From positions 68,326,001-68,390,000 of the forward strand of contig NC_086097.1 in the NCBI RefSeq assembly GCF_963921235.1: a stretch of DNA of 64,000 nt. The letters are read 5' to 3'. The notes below the pieces were generated by a model. It had not been told where the DNA came from, searched no databases, and saw only the letters and a list, made by a program, of their open reading frames with translations. Both the position numbers and the translations under genes were made by a program. This DNA is from Mobula hypostoma (Eukaryota). Of this stretch, positions 50,245 to 63,028 are shown piece by piece. How positions within the stretch are numbered: the stretch's first letter is position 1; every line of letters begins with the position of its first letter.

Positions 50245-51660
50245 TGATTGGATATTGGCTGATATAGAACATGTGCCTTTTTTATATTTAAAACAAGACC
50301 CAGACCCCTATATACCTTGTCAAAGGCATTCAGGGTACATTGGAGGTCATCTTCAGAGTGTACTGCAGTGGTGTTGTCATCGCATACAGAAGGTCCATGA
50401 CAGTGGTCGTGCTGACCTTGGTCTTGGCCTTGAACTGGTTGAGGTTGAAGAGTCTGCTGTCCATTTAATACACAATTGGAATTCTCTATGAAAGGTCTTG
50501 GCCAATGAGGTTAAGGGTGGCAGCAATAAAGATGGCAAATATAACTAGCACAATGATACAACCCCTCCTTTCTTGACAGTGAAGGGTTCCAATTCAGCGT
50601 CACCATTACTGAGTACTGTGGCTGACAGGTTGTCATACAGTAGTCTCAGCATTTATAAGTACTTGTCAGGACAGCCATGCCTTGATAGTATATGTCAGAG
50701 ACTTTGACACTCTTCTGAAGCAAATGCCTTTGTCAAACCTATTAATGCCAAGTACAAGGTTTGCCTTGATTCATGGCATTTTCGTGTAATTGGCATGCTG
50801 TGAAGATCATGTCTGTGGTACCTCCAGACGGGTGGAAGCCACAATGTGATTAATGGAGTTCTTCTTCAGACAGCAGAGGAAGTCAGTTGACAAGGATAGG
50901 TGTAAACACTTTGCTTGTTGTTGACACAGGAGGGAGATGGCTCTGTACTTGCTACAATCTTGCAAGATTAAGGAAACGAGCCTTTTGAAGATTATGACCT
51001 ATAGGTCCAAACAAAACTTTTGGTCTAAAATGCAGTTCTTCATCCTACATTACTGTATGGAGCAGAATCATTGACCACCCACAGAAGATGCCTGAAAACC
51101 CTGGAACAATACCAACAAAGATCCTTACAAAATATTTTGAGGATCAGCTGGAAGGATAGAGACAGTAACGCCAGCATACTGGAAAAGGCCAACATAAACA
51201 GCATTTCCACTACGATAAATCAACATCAACTCCAATGGATCAGTCATGTCATTCAGATACCTAATTCACGTCTCCTCAAACAGACCCTTTACTCCCAGCT
51301 GAAGGAAAGCCAGTGGAAAAAGGAAACACTTCAAAGATAGTATCAAAATCAGCCTGAAGAAATTCAACATCACATCTAAAATCTGGGAAGACATTGCATT
51401 CAATAGATGCACCTGGAGGAAATTTATTCAAGAGGGACCTGCACTACATGGGAACAACCTCCACTGCGCACACAGAGCAAGTGGCAGCTGCAAAAGGAGA
51501 GAATGAAGAACCAAAATATGTAACCACTTAACACAGCCACCACCTACTTGTGTCCACACTGCACCAGAATATGTGGATCCTGGATAAGCCTCTACAGGCA
51601 CCCAAGGACCCACCAATAGACAACCCCTTAGAACATCTTACTCGACTGGTGTGATCACAC
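50245..51660. mobile_element. Old RTE LINE with a 5' inversion (50245-50960 minus, 50961-51660 plus)
   Basis: Minus: DCSKYRAISL and RLFNLNQFKAKTKV. Plus: PTLLYGAES, LRISWKDR and a CPHC zinc finger. Confidence 0.8.
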
Positions 51661-52309
51661 CACCAATTACAATCAAACAATATTTCTAGTGATATGACTG
51701 TTTCTGCATACTGTATGCCAGCAACTTCAAACCATGTAATAGAGCTTTAAGTTGCTACACCTGGGAGAAAACAAAGCTCAAGGTTTTCAAATTTAAAGTT
51801 CTCTATTAATAATTAATGTTGTGCTGGAAGTAGTTATGCGGCATTGTAAACACATTAGCCTCAAATATGAAAGTAAAGCTGCAACTATGGTGGTGAAATC
51901 AGAATGAGTATGCTGTAACCTAGCTAAAGATGACGTAGATGTCTTTGCAAGGGCTACTATAATTTCTTCCCAAGCTTCCCTCAAGGTCCCAGGTACTTGG
52001 TCAGGGACTGTGAATTCTTTTTTCAATGAGATTATCACTTTTTAAAATAACTTTATATTTCATACCTTTAACCACATTCCAGAAGCTTACAAATTATCTC
52101 AAGCCCTTCGTCAATATTCTTTCTTAAATGTAAAAGATTATGTCAAAAACACATTACAATCAGAATAGAAAATGTGAAATAAAATATGTGTATTTAGGAA
52201 ATACATGGGAATTTAGAAGAAAAGAAATAAATAAATCTGCACTTATCAATTAATCTGTATTCCTATTGCTTTCAATGACCAATCTATCCTCATTGGAGTT
52301 GTGAGTTCT

Positions 52310-54720
52310 GGTAAGATGGTGGCACGTTCAGACACAACAACTACTCCGTGCCTAGGTGTAATATTTTCTCCATTTCCTGTACATCCTTGTTATGACCAGA
52401 AAATGCTGCTGGCTATTAAATAAACTGTGCAGAGCCATTCCATCAGACTAGTGAACTGCTGGACTGCAGAGCAGCTCCACAGCTTCGGCTTATTGTGCAC
52501 ACCATTGCCCGCTACAGTCATCCACAGTGACACTGTCCAGAGCGCCCGAGCAGTCTGCAATAAAGCAAAAGAGGGGGGAAGTGTGCTGGGATCCGGGAGA
52601 GACTCAGATTGAAGCCCTCCCATTGTCCTTACTAGCCAACGTCTGTTCACTTGAAAATAAACTAGACTACCTGCACCTGAGCCTAAACCAGCAAGAGATA
52701 AAGAACAACTACGCATCTATTATCACAGAAACATGGCTTCAGGAGACCAGCATGGAAGCGGCCAGCCAGCTGGAGGGTTTCAGCATGTTTCGAGCTGAGA
52801 AAATTCCAGCGATCTCAGTGGTGGCGGTATCTGTATTTTCATAAATAAGAACTGGTGTATAGACTCTTTAGAAGTGGCATCCCACTCTTCACCAATGATT
52901 GAGTTCATTTTAATGAAGTGCAGACTGTTTTATATATCTGAGGGAGCTCACTATAATTGTGTTAGTAGCCGTATATACCTCTCTGTCTGCTAATGCTGAT
53001 GAGGTACTGTGTGAGCTCTACAGCACTATCAGTAACTTTCAAACCAAACACCATAATGGTATCTTCATTGACACAGGTGACTTTACCCATGCAAACTGAA
53101 AAATGGCTCTGCCTAAATTCTACCAGCATGCTGGTTTTGCTATCAGAGGCAAAAATACACTAGACCTGGTTTATACTAACATACCAGGTGCACATAAAGC
53201 AGTTCCCCAACCCCACATTGGGGTCTCAGATCACTTATCTATTATGTTAATTCCAGCATACAAACCACTGATTAAATGGGCCAAACCAGTACTAAAGGTG
53301 GTGCAAACCTGACCTGAGGGGGAAATCTCAGCTTTGCAAGATTGCTTTGAAAACACAAACTGGAGAATGCTCAGGGAGGCTGCTACCAATGGCAACCCCG
53401 TTAACATCGAGGAATACGTGGATTCTGTGTCCAGCTACGTAGAGACTTGCACTGACGATGTTCCAACATGAAAGAAGTCAGTGTGAGGGCAAATCAGAAG
53501 CCATGGCTTACTGCAGAAGTCTGTGCATGGCTGAGGGATTGTGATTCTGCCTTTAGCAAGAACTGTGCTTTCCTGCTCCATCAGGAAGGTGAAACAGGAG
53601 CATTCTCAGAGAACATACAACCATTTCTGTGCTACCACAGACACGAGGCACATGTGCCTGAAAGGTCAAAAGCAGTCCTGAGTCCCATTACGCTAAGCAC
53701 TGGCACTTCCCAAGGCTGTGCGGTCAGCTCCCTGCTGTTCACACTGCTGACACTTGACTGTGTTGCAGGATTCAGCTCAAACCGTGTTATCAAGTTTGTG
53801 GATGACACAACAGTGGTTGGCCTCATCAACAACGATGATAAGTCGGAGTACAGAGGGGAAGAGGAGCAACTGGTGGATTGGTGTGAGAAGAACAACCTAG
53901 GGCTAAATGTGGGGATGACCAATGAAATAATTGTGGACTTTAGGAAGGTTCAGATAAACCATCCCTCTTTGCACATACATAACTCCTCCATAGAGAGAGT
54001 TAAGTGCACCAAGTTCCTGGGAATTCACATCACAGACAAATTTACCTGGTCTCTTAATATCACCTCCCTGAATAAGAAGGCACAACAGTGCCTCCACTTC
54101 CTGAAGAGATTGAGGCAAGCAAAGCTCCCTCCCCCATCCCCATCTTAACGTAATTTTACAGGAGCACCATTGAGAGCATCCTGACAAGTTGCATCTCCAT
54201 CTGGTCTGGGAGCAGCAGAGCATCGGACCAGAAGTTCTCACAAAGTACTGTAAGAACAGCCAAGGGGACTATAGGAGTCTCCCCACCATCCACTGGGGCC
54301 ATTTCTCAGGGGCTCAGTGTATGCAAAGCCCTTAGTATTTTCAAGGATCCCACCCATCCAGCCAGCATCCTCTTTGACATTCTACCATCAGGCAGGAGAC
54401 TCCGAAGCATAAAGACAAGAATAGTCAGAATGATAAAACGGCTTTTTCCATCAAGCCATTAGGCTTCCGAACTCCCTGCCGCATCGTATTCAAAGTATCA
54501 CCAGATAATTTGTACTGTATACTACAATATTTAATGTATGCACTTTATCCATGTTTAATTCATTTGTAGATGTAATTCTTACTTTCCTAAGTTATTGTGT
54601 GATATATGTGTTATGTGTACTACTGTGCTTTACACTCTGGTCTGGAGAAATGTTGTCGTGTTTGGCGCAAAACATGCACTATAATTAAATGACAATAAAC
54701 TTGACTAGACTTGACTTGAT
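52310..54720 (+). mobile_element. Rex1/Babar LINE retaining its 5' end, with an internal deletion near 53660
   Basis: LLANVCSLENKLD..IITETWL endonuclease, NQKPWLT, KFVDDTTVVG. (CTTGA)n tail. Confidence 0.88.
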
Positions 54721-56902
54721 TAGCCGATTTCACCTTTGTGCTGTTAGTTTGTACCGAGTGTATTTGCCAGTACTTTCACCAAGCCAAATGAAATAGAACT
54801 AGTCAAAAGAGCTGTGTTATTTTTGACAAAAAATGACCCGGAATTATATTTTTTTAAATGTGCTAAAATGGTGTCCTTGCTATTTTTGGTAGTTATATTA
54901 TTAAATGATTGTTATAGAGATATTCTAATTTGTTAACTATCTCCTTATTTTCAGAATCCAATATAATACCCACTGGATGTTAAAAATCATTTGAAATCTG
55001 TAATATTCTTATTGGCTCTACTTTAAAAAGCAATATTCAAAAGAAGTTAGGCTGTTTTCACATCTCCTTGCAATGCAGCATTTTAATGCTGTATCAGTCG
55101 CACGAGATAATGTTTAAATTCTCACTGAAATAACAGTGCTCCTGTATTTCTCAGATGCCTGGTTAAAAAATGGCCATCTTAATTATAAGGGGATCAATGC
55201 ATGTTGTACCTTACACTCTTCATTCTCCCAAATGAATTGCACCTACAGCAACCTCCTCATCTCACTGCTCAGCTCTGACTAATTTCAGCCAAGTACAATG
55301 CTGTCAAACAGCCCTCCTGTCTCGGTGGTTTTAATCGATTAACTCAACATCTCTATAATGTATCACCAGCTGCCAAAGAAGAAACTGAGCCTCTGAAGGA
55401 TTTCAACTAACAGACAGTTTAATTACCTGAATCTCAAATACTTACCTCATGCATTGCAGCAAATTACTAAAATATTTGTTGTCTAACTGCTCCAAAAACT
55501 TAAAATGAAAAGAACTATGCTCCCTTAAAACCTATCAGTAAATCATATTGGGCCTGATCTTCCAAGAGCACTTAGGAATTTACTACGTTATCTACCAAAC
55601 CCATTGGCCTTCTAAGTAGAAGTTGTTTGAACTATTGCTAATCTCCTGACATGCCCTGCGCTATCCATCTAGCAATTCTGCTGCATAACTAAGCTTCCCA
55701 TGGAAATCAGCAAGCCAATTCTATCTCCCAATCCTTGCTTCAGCTGGTGGCTCCTACTCCCAGTGTTCTAGTCAAAGCCAGCATGACTTGGTATAGGTAT
55801 ACCAGGGCTGCTGAAAGGCAGAAGGCACTTCTGTGCTTCATCAGCAGTAAGCAAAGTAAGAATGTCATCTGATTCTCCAATTTCCAGTATTTCCAATCCC
55901 CTTAAACCTCCAGTTTCTCCCAAACCTCCTAAACTCAAAATCAAAATCCTTCAAAGCCTTAAAACTTCCCTAGCCCTCACCTCCAATGCATTATCATTGG
56001 CTATTCAGATTCCAATGTCTCCTCACCACTCCCAGTCTCCAAAATCTTCCCAGCCCTCCTGAGTTCTAATTTCTTCCTAGTCTTCCTGATACCCAGGCTT
56101 CTCTGACGCCAATAAAATTCAGAAGTGTAGCCAGTCACTTGTGGACAGAACAGCTCCATTTTGCACATTTTCTCAATGATCACCTGAGTGACAGCAATCT
56201 GTTAGGAGTTTGATCCTAGTGGAAGAAACATCATCACACTAATTACATTAACTCACTGCCTCTGGGAATATGCCAATGACTTTTAAAAAAATATTCAAAT
56301 GTCAAAACAGTCAAATTATATTCCTTTATTAATGTTGGTAGTTTTTGTTCTAATATTTTAATTTTGATTGCCTTCTTTAATATCTGCACATGTTGATTTA
56401 TGGATATTTCAATTTTCTATAGATCATAAAATAGAGTTACAATATATCTTCAGGAATGTTTTGCAATTATCATATAATTTTTACACTTAAAATGAAAAAT
56501 AGAAAATATGGAACTTCCAAGGTCACAATGTTTGATCCTACACCTCCCAGAACACGTGCAAACCAATATCAATGCATCAAATGTGGCAATTGTTTCAACA
56601 ATTACATCTAGAGTGATCAGAGGCTCATGTTGCTTATCTTTTAAAGCTATCGTCTTCCTTCCCAAAAAAAATGCCCACTTTCTCTCTAAGAAGGTAAACA
56701 GAATGATATGGTATTCTTGCTTCCATTAACAATAAAATTATGTATGATCTGTTAAATTAAGTGTTAGCTTGTTAATATGTGATGTACATAATGTTGTCTT
56801 CATTCGCTTCGAACTGGAAGTCGTAAATGAATGCAACTGACCCAGATGAGTTCTGTTCATTGTTTGACACCGCCGTCATTGGACTCACTGATAATCTGCT
56901 GG

Positions 56903-58741
56903 CAACACACATCAAAGTTGCTGGTGAACGCAGCAGGCCAGGCAGCATCTCTAGGAAGAGGTGCAGTCGACGTTTCAGGCCGAGACCTTCGTCAGGACTA
57001 ACTGAAGGAAGAGTGAGTAAGGGATTTGAAAGTTGGAGGGGGAGGGGGAGATCCAAAACGATAGGATAAGACAGGAGGGGGAGGGATGGAGCCAAGAGCT
57101 GGACAGGTGATAGGCAAAAGGGATACGAGAGGATCATGGGACAGGAGGTCCGGGAAGAAAGACAAGGGGGGGGGGACCCAGAGGATGGGCAAGAGGTATA
57201 TTCAGAGGGACAGAGGGAGAAAAAGGAGAGTGAGAGAAAGAATGTGTGCATAAAAATAAGTAACAGATGGGGTACAAGGGGGAGGTGGGGCCTAGCAGAA
57301 GTTAGAGAAGTCGATGTTCATGCCATCAGGTTGGAGGCTACCCAGATGGAATATAAAGTGTTGTTCCTCCAACCTGAGTGTGGCTTCATCTTTACAGTAG
57401 AGGAGGCCGTGGATAGACATGTCAGAATGGGAATGGGATGTGGAATTAAAATGTGTGGCCACTGGGAGATCCTGCTTTCTCTGGCGGACAAAGCGTAGAT
57501 GTTCAGCAAAGCGGTCTCCCAGTCTGCGTCGGGTCTCGCCAATATATAAAAGGCCACATCGGGAGCACCGGACGCAGTATATCACCCCAGTCGACTCACA
57601 GGTGAAGTGTTGCCTCACCTGGAAGGACTGTTTGAGGCCCTGAATGGTGGTAAGGGAGGAAGTGTAAGGGCATGTGTAGCACTTGTTCCGCTTACACGGA
57701 TAAGTGCCAGGAGGGAGATCAGTGGGGAGGGATGGGGGGGACAAATGGACAAGGGAGTTGCGTAGGGAGCGATCCCTGCAGAATGCAGAGAGAGGGGGGG
57801 AGGGAAAGATGTGCTTAGTGGTGGGATCCCGTTGGAGGTGGCGGAAGTTACGGAGAATAATATGTTGGACCTGGAGGCTGGTGGGGTGGTAGGTGAGGAC
57901 CAGGGGAACCCTATTCCTAGTGGGGTGGTGGGAGGATGGAGTGAGAGCAGATGTACGTGAAATGGGGGAGATGCGTTTAAGAGCAGAGTTGATAGTGGAG
58001 GAAGGGAAGCCCCTTTCTTTAAAAAATGAAGACATCTCCCTCGTCCTAGAATGAAAAGCCTCATCCTGAGAGCAGATGCGGCAGAGACGGAGGAATTGCG
58101 AGAAGGGGATGGCGTTTTTGCAAGAGACAGGGTGAGAAGAGGAATAGTCCAGATAGCTGTGAGAGTCAGTAGGCTTATAGTAGACATCAGTGGATAAGCT
58201 GTCTCCAGAGACAGAGACAGAAAGATCTAGAAAGGGGAGGGAGGTGTCGGAAATGGACCAGGTAAACTTGAGGGCAGGGTGAAAGTTGGAGGCAAAGTTA
58301 ATAAAGTCAACGAGTTCTGCATGCGTGCAGGAAGCAGCGCCAATGCAGTCGTCGATGTAGCGAAAGAAAAGTGGGGGACAGATACCAGAATAGGCACGGA
58401 ACATAGATTGTTCCACAAACCCAACAAAAAGGCAGGCATAGCTAGGACCCATACGGGTGCCCATAACTACACCTTTAGTTTGGAGGAAGTGGGAGGAGCC
58501 AAAGGAGAAATTATTGAGAGTAAGGACTAATTCCGCTAGACGGAGCAGAGTGGTGGTAGAGGGGAACTGATTAGGTCTGGAATCCAAAAAGAAGCGTAGA
58601 GCTTTGAGACCTTCCTGATGGGGGATGGAAGTATATAAGGACTGGACATCCATGGTGAAAATAAAGCGGTGAGGGCCAGGGAACTTAAAATCATCGAACA
58701 GTTTAAGAGCGTGAGAAGTGTCACGAACATAGGTCGGAAGG
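56903..58741 (-). mobile_element. Young Penelope-like retroelement (GIY-YIG type), 5'-truncated
   Basis: 13-bp TSD GATAATCTGCTGG (56890-56902, 58742-58754), open RT plus GIY-YIG frame, and pLTR tail. Confidence 0.95.
56964..57000 (-). ncRNA. Minimal type I hammerhead ribozyme in the Penelope tail
   Basis: UAGUC-CUGACGA-AGGU(CUCG)GCCU-GAAA-CGUC^GACUG has intact core boxes, stems I and II, and a palindromic ACGU stem III. Confidence 0.8.
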
Positions 58742-58845
58742 GATAATCTGCTGGTCAAGGTTTTGATTAACTTCAGCTGGGCCGCCTCAAATTGAGGTTG
58801 TTGCGGTTGTAGAATTACACGTAAGTTTTCTGCCGAAATTGCCAT
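57292..58845 (-). CDS. Chimeric ORF (517 aa): 35-aa gag-like leader fused to Penelope RT and GIY-YIG endonuclease
   Basis: ATG context GACATGG. Motifs FTMDVQSLY, GVVMGTRMGPSYA, RYIDD, CKRNKCYTC and VIY..C..C..LYIGETRRRLGDRFAEH. No stops. Expression unknown. Confidence 0.6.
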   Translation of the reverse strand: MAISAENLRVILQPQQPQFEAAQLKLIKTLTSRLSLPTYVRDTSHALKLFDDFKFPGPHRFIFTMDVQSLYTSIPHQEGLKALRFFLDSRPNQFPSTTTLLRLAELVLTLNNFSFGSSHFLQTKGVVMGTRMGPSYACLFVGFVEQSMFRAYSGICPPLFFRYIDDCIGAASCTHAELVDFINFASNFHPALKFTWSISDTSLPFLDLSVSVSGDSLSTDVYYKPTDSHSYLDYSSSHPVSCKNAIPFSQFLRLCRICSQDEAFHSRTREMSSFFKERGFPSSTINSALKRISPISRTSALTPSSHHPTRNRVPLVLTYHPTSLQVQHIILRNFRHLQRDPTTKHIFPSPPLSAFCRDRSLRNSLVHLSPPSLPTDLPPGTYPCKRNKCYTCPYTSSLTTIQGLKQSFQVRQHFTCESTGVIYCVRCSRCGLLYIGETRRRLGDRFAEHLRFVRQRKQDLPVATHFNSTSHSHSDMSIHGLLYCKDEATLRLEEQHFIFHLGSLQPDGMNIDFSNFC

Positions 58846-60374
58846 GTCAATTATAATACAGCACCTAGTCGCCAATTTGTTGTGTTCTCTCCGCTTTAGC
58901 TACTGATGAGACCTGAAGCCAGGAGGTAGAAGTCAGAACACAAAATAAACCTTTACTTAATAAAACCCCGTAACTACGAAAACCTCAAAAGGCATCAGTC
59001 CATCCCAAAGCATGACTATTCAAATCGTTTACCAAAGAACTTTGGAGACGTTAATAGAAACAACAATGAATCAGTGAAAGTCAGCTTGGAATTGGTTGTC
59101 AACTGACCATAGGGATTGATTGTTTTAGCTCATCATAACACATAATCTTTATCAAATAGTCTGCTAGAGGAAGCAATGCTAATTAATATTACTCTGAAAT
59201 CACAGGAATGGCTAGCAAAGATGAAATTAGTCACTGGACCAGGAACCAGGCATGAGACAGGCACCTAAACCAACAATGTAAAGGCAATCATTAGTTGGGC
59301 CTGTCTTTATGTATTTGTTCTTTCTTTGGAGGGGATCTGGGCCTCACTGGTATGTTGTCATTTATTGGTCTATCTCTAATGCCCTTTAGAAGACAATGAT
59401 AAACCACCTTCTTGAATTGCTATCATAGTCCTAGTGAAAATACTCCAAAATACAGTTGGATAGGGAGTTTCAGGTATAGATCCAGCAGAAGTGAATGAAT
59501 AATTATATATTTCTAAGTAATGTGCCAGAGGTGGTGCCTTCCATGAGGTGAGAAGGAAAAGAGCTAGGAAGCAGCCAATGTCCTGTTTCTCTCTTCCAAA
59601 TTATAGAAATGTAGGAGTTTGTATGAGTCATTATTTACACTTCATTCAATCTTATGCCCAAAGATTTGGTCTTCCGAAGTGACTTGAATATTTCATGGCA
59701 TAGTGTTACAGACAGTAGGTTTGTTATTCACTGGCTTGTGTTCCTGGTCTAAATGTGTCTTTTTCCAGAACAACATTGAAATATACAGTTATGATCTCTA
59801 TCTCCACAAGACTCTCCCAGTAACATTCAGTCCACTTGACCAGTTACGTTCCCCAAGATTGAGTAATGTTCCTCCCCTTGTTGGTTTATCTACATACTGT
59901 GTCAAAAATTCTCCAAAGTCAAGGTCAAAGTCATTCTCTCTGAGCCTTTTAAGGCAGTCCCCAGTTAATACTTAGAAAACTGAAATCCCCTCATGCTACA
60001 ATCCTATTTTTACTACATCTCTTTGCTATTTGATTACATAATTCTAACACTATCTCCTGTTGACAGAAAATCTGTAATATGCCCCTAGAAAATTGATGAT
60101 ACTCCTTTTGTTCCTAATCTCTACCCATACAGCCTCATTTGAGGAGCTCTCTAGGATATCTTCTCTCAGTACTTGTCTTTCCTTGACTAGGAGACCTGAT
60201 ATTTTAGGTCTCTCTCTCTTGCCTAAAAATTCTATATCTCAAGGTACTGAATTGCCAGTCCTTCCCATCTTTCAAACATGTGTCAATGGTGGTAGTAATA
60301 TTGTAGTCACAGGTGTTGATTATAAGTTTTGAGTTCACCTATTTTACTAGTTTAGACCCCTTGTATGATAAAAT

Positions 60375-62195
60375 AATGCAGAAATCTGATGGTGGAGGGG
60401 AAAAAGCCGTTCCTGAAACATTGAGTGTGTGTCTTCAAGCTTTTTTAGCTCTTCCTTGATGGTAGCAATGAGAAGAGGACATGTCCTGGGTGATGGGAGA
60501 TCCTTAATGATGAATGTTACCTTCTTGAGGCACTATGCTTTGAAGGTGTCCTGAATGCTGGGGAGGCTCGTGCCCATGATGGAGCTGGCTGAATTTACAA
60601 CTTTCTGCGGCATTTTCCGACCCTGTGCAGTGGCCCCTCCATACCAGATGGTGATACAACCAGTTACAATACTCTCCATGGTACATCTGTAGAAACTGGT
60701 GAGGGTCTTCAGTGACATATCAATTTCCTTCAAACTCTTAATGAAATATAGTTGCTGTCATGCCTTCTTTGTAATAGCATCAATACGTTGGGCCCAGGAT
60801 AGATCCTCATAGATATTGACACCCAGGAGCTTGAAACTACTCACACTTTCCACTTCTGACCCCTTGATAAGAACTGGTGTGTGTTCCCTCAACTTCCCCT
60901 TCTTGAAGTTCACAATCAATTCCTTGCTCTTACTGATGAGTGCAAGGTTGTTGCTGCATCATCACTCAGCTAGTTGATCTATCTCACTTCTGTGTGCCTC
61001 CTTGTCACCATCTGAAATTCTGCCAACAATAGCTGTGCCTTCAGAAAATTTATAGATGGTGTTTGAGCTGTGCCTAGCCACGCAGTTATAGATGTAGACA
61101 GAGTAGAGCAGTGGGCTAAACACACATCCTGAGGTGTGCCAGTGTTGAATGTCAGTGAGGAGGAGTTGTTATTTCTGACCCACACAGACCGTTGTCTCCT
61201 AATGAGGAAGTCAAGGATCCAGATGCAGAGGGAGGTACAGAAGCCCAGGTTTTGGAACTTTTCAGTTAGAACTGAGGGTATGATTGTGTTGAATGCTGAG
61301 CCGAAGTCAATAAACAGCAGCCTGACATAAGTCTTACTATTTTCCAGGTGATCCAAGTGCAGATCCAGTAAGATTGCATCCACTGCAGACTTATTGTGGT
61401 GATAGGCAAATTGCAGCGGGTTCAAGTACTTAGGCAGGAGTTGATTCTAGTCATGATCAGCCTCTCAAAGCACTTAATCACATTAGATGTGAGTGCCACT
61501 GGGCAATAGTCATTAAGGCAGCACACCCTGCTCTTCTTGGGCACTGGTATGATTTTTGCCCTTTTGATGCAGGTGGGAACCTCTGGCTGCAGCAATGAAA
61601 GATTGAAGACGTCCTTGAACACTCAAACCAGTTGGCTGGCACAAGATATCAGAGCTCTATCAGGTTTATTATCAGCGCCTGATGCCTTGCAAGGGGTTAC
61701 CCTTTGAAAGATGTTCTGATGACGGCCTCCACAACAGAGATCAGAGGGTCATCAGATGGTACAGGGATTCGCATGGTTTTATTCTTCTTTACAGAAGCGT
61801 GCATAGAAGGCATTGAGCTCAGCTGGGAGTGGAGCATCACTGCTGTTCATGATGTTAGGTTTCATCTTGTGGAAAGCAATGGCCTGCAAACCCTGCCAGC
61901 GCTGACATGCATCTGATTCCATCTCTAAACTCAACTGGAATTGCTTTATCACTCTTAAGATCGCCTTACCCACGTTGCAACTGAACTTCTTGTATAGTTC
62001 TGCATCATTGGTCTTGAATGCCACAGATCTAGCCCTCAGCAGTCTATGTATTCCCTGATTCATCCACTTCTTCCGATTTGGGTATGTATGTCCTATATGT
62101 TCTCGAAGGCACACACTCATCCACACAGGTTCTGCTGAAGTCGGCGACAACTGTGGTGTGTTCATTCAGTAGAAGATGAATCCCTGACTGTTGCA
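60375..62195 (-). mobile_element. Rex1/Babar LINE, degenerate
   Basis: [37 protein letters not shown] and LPAELNAFYARF. Confidence 0.9.
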
Positions 62196-63028
62196 CACCA
62201 TGGAAATATTATCCATGTCAAAAGCAGGTGATTGCATATTTCCATTACAGAATGAGCAGAGGATAATTAATATCTTGCTTCTGCCTTGGCAAGTCAGAAT
62301 GGTGCCATCCAAATGCAGCTGTAAAAGGAAGAAGTCGTCACTATTCTGTTAGTGAAGCCTTTAAAGTTGTGAAAGTCTCCAGAAATTTATCCTCCAAAAG
62401 AATAGAAGAGCTTCTGATTCCCCAGTCTGGCAGAATGTCAGTGGGCCTGTGAGATTCAGGATGACAGCATTTTCACTTCCACTAGTTGCCCATCAGCAAC
62501 CCAGACTATTACTGTTCATGAAGAGAAGATGAATCCTAATTCAGGGCCTTTAAATCTAGAGCAGAATGTACTGTTTTTCATAGTCACCTGCTGCATCGGC
62601 CACTTCAAGGAAATAACCATTTACCAGCTTGTTTACAGCCATATCTGTGTAGAAATATCGTGAGGCTATGAAAAAAAAATTAAAATGAAGCAAAAAGAAT
62701 GCACAAGAATGATTAGTTGTTGACTAAACTGCCACGGTAAGGATGCTTTGTTTGAAACACTGGGTTGATGAGTTGTTTAGTTCAAGCTCTTATGATTTAT
62801 GCAGGAAATACATGAGATAGCAACCTATCAGAGAAGGTAATAAGAGTCCTGAGTCAATGTCTAGATCATCATTTAACTTTATTCATTAATGACACAGAGT
62901 TTTAACCTTATAAAGTGATTTACCTTTTATCATTATGCCTTCATTTTTCACTATCATCTCTGAAATTCCATTCATGAAGCAGCATTCCATCTCGCTATGA
63001 TGCAGAATTTTTTTTACAAGATATAGAG

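Larger units (their letters stand above)
56780..59010 (-). mobile_element. Gypsy (Mag/K02A2.6-like) 5' fragment: LTR end, PBS and gag N-terminus, split by Penelope
   Basis: ...ACACAACA followed by AAT and PBS-like TGGCGACTAG (58874-58865). The empty site reads MAISAENLRVILQPQQPQFEAAQLKLIKTLTSRLSVSPMTAVSNNEQNSSGSVAFIYDFQFE. Confidence 0.6.

Noticed and set aside
55862..56062. Pro/Ser-rich 66-aa ORF
   Set aside because: It is low-complexity C/T/A-rich sequence with no splice or homology evidence.
56772..57251. 159-aa Pro/Ser/Leu-rich ORF
   Set aside because: It reads through the pyrimidine-rich Penelope 3' UTR into the remainder of the gag-like frame and lacks a credible start.
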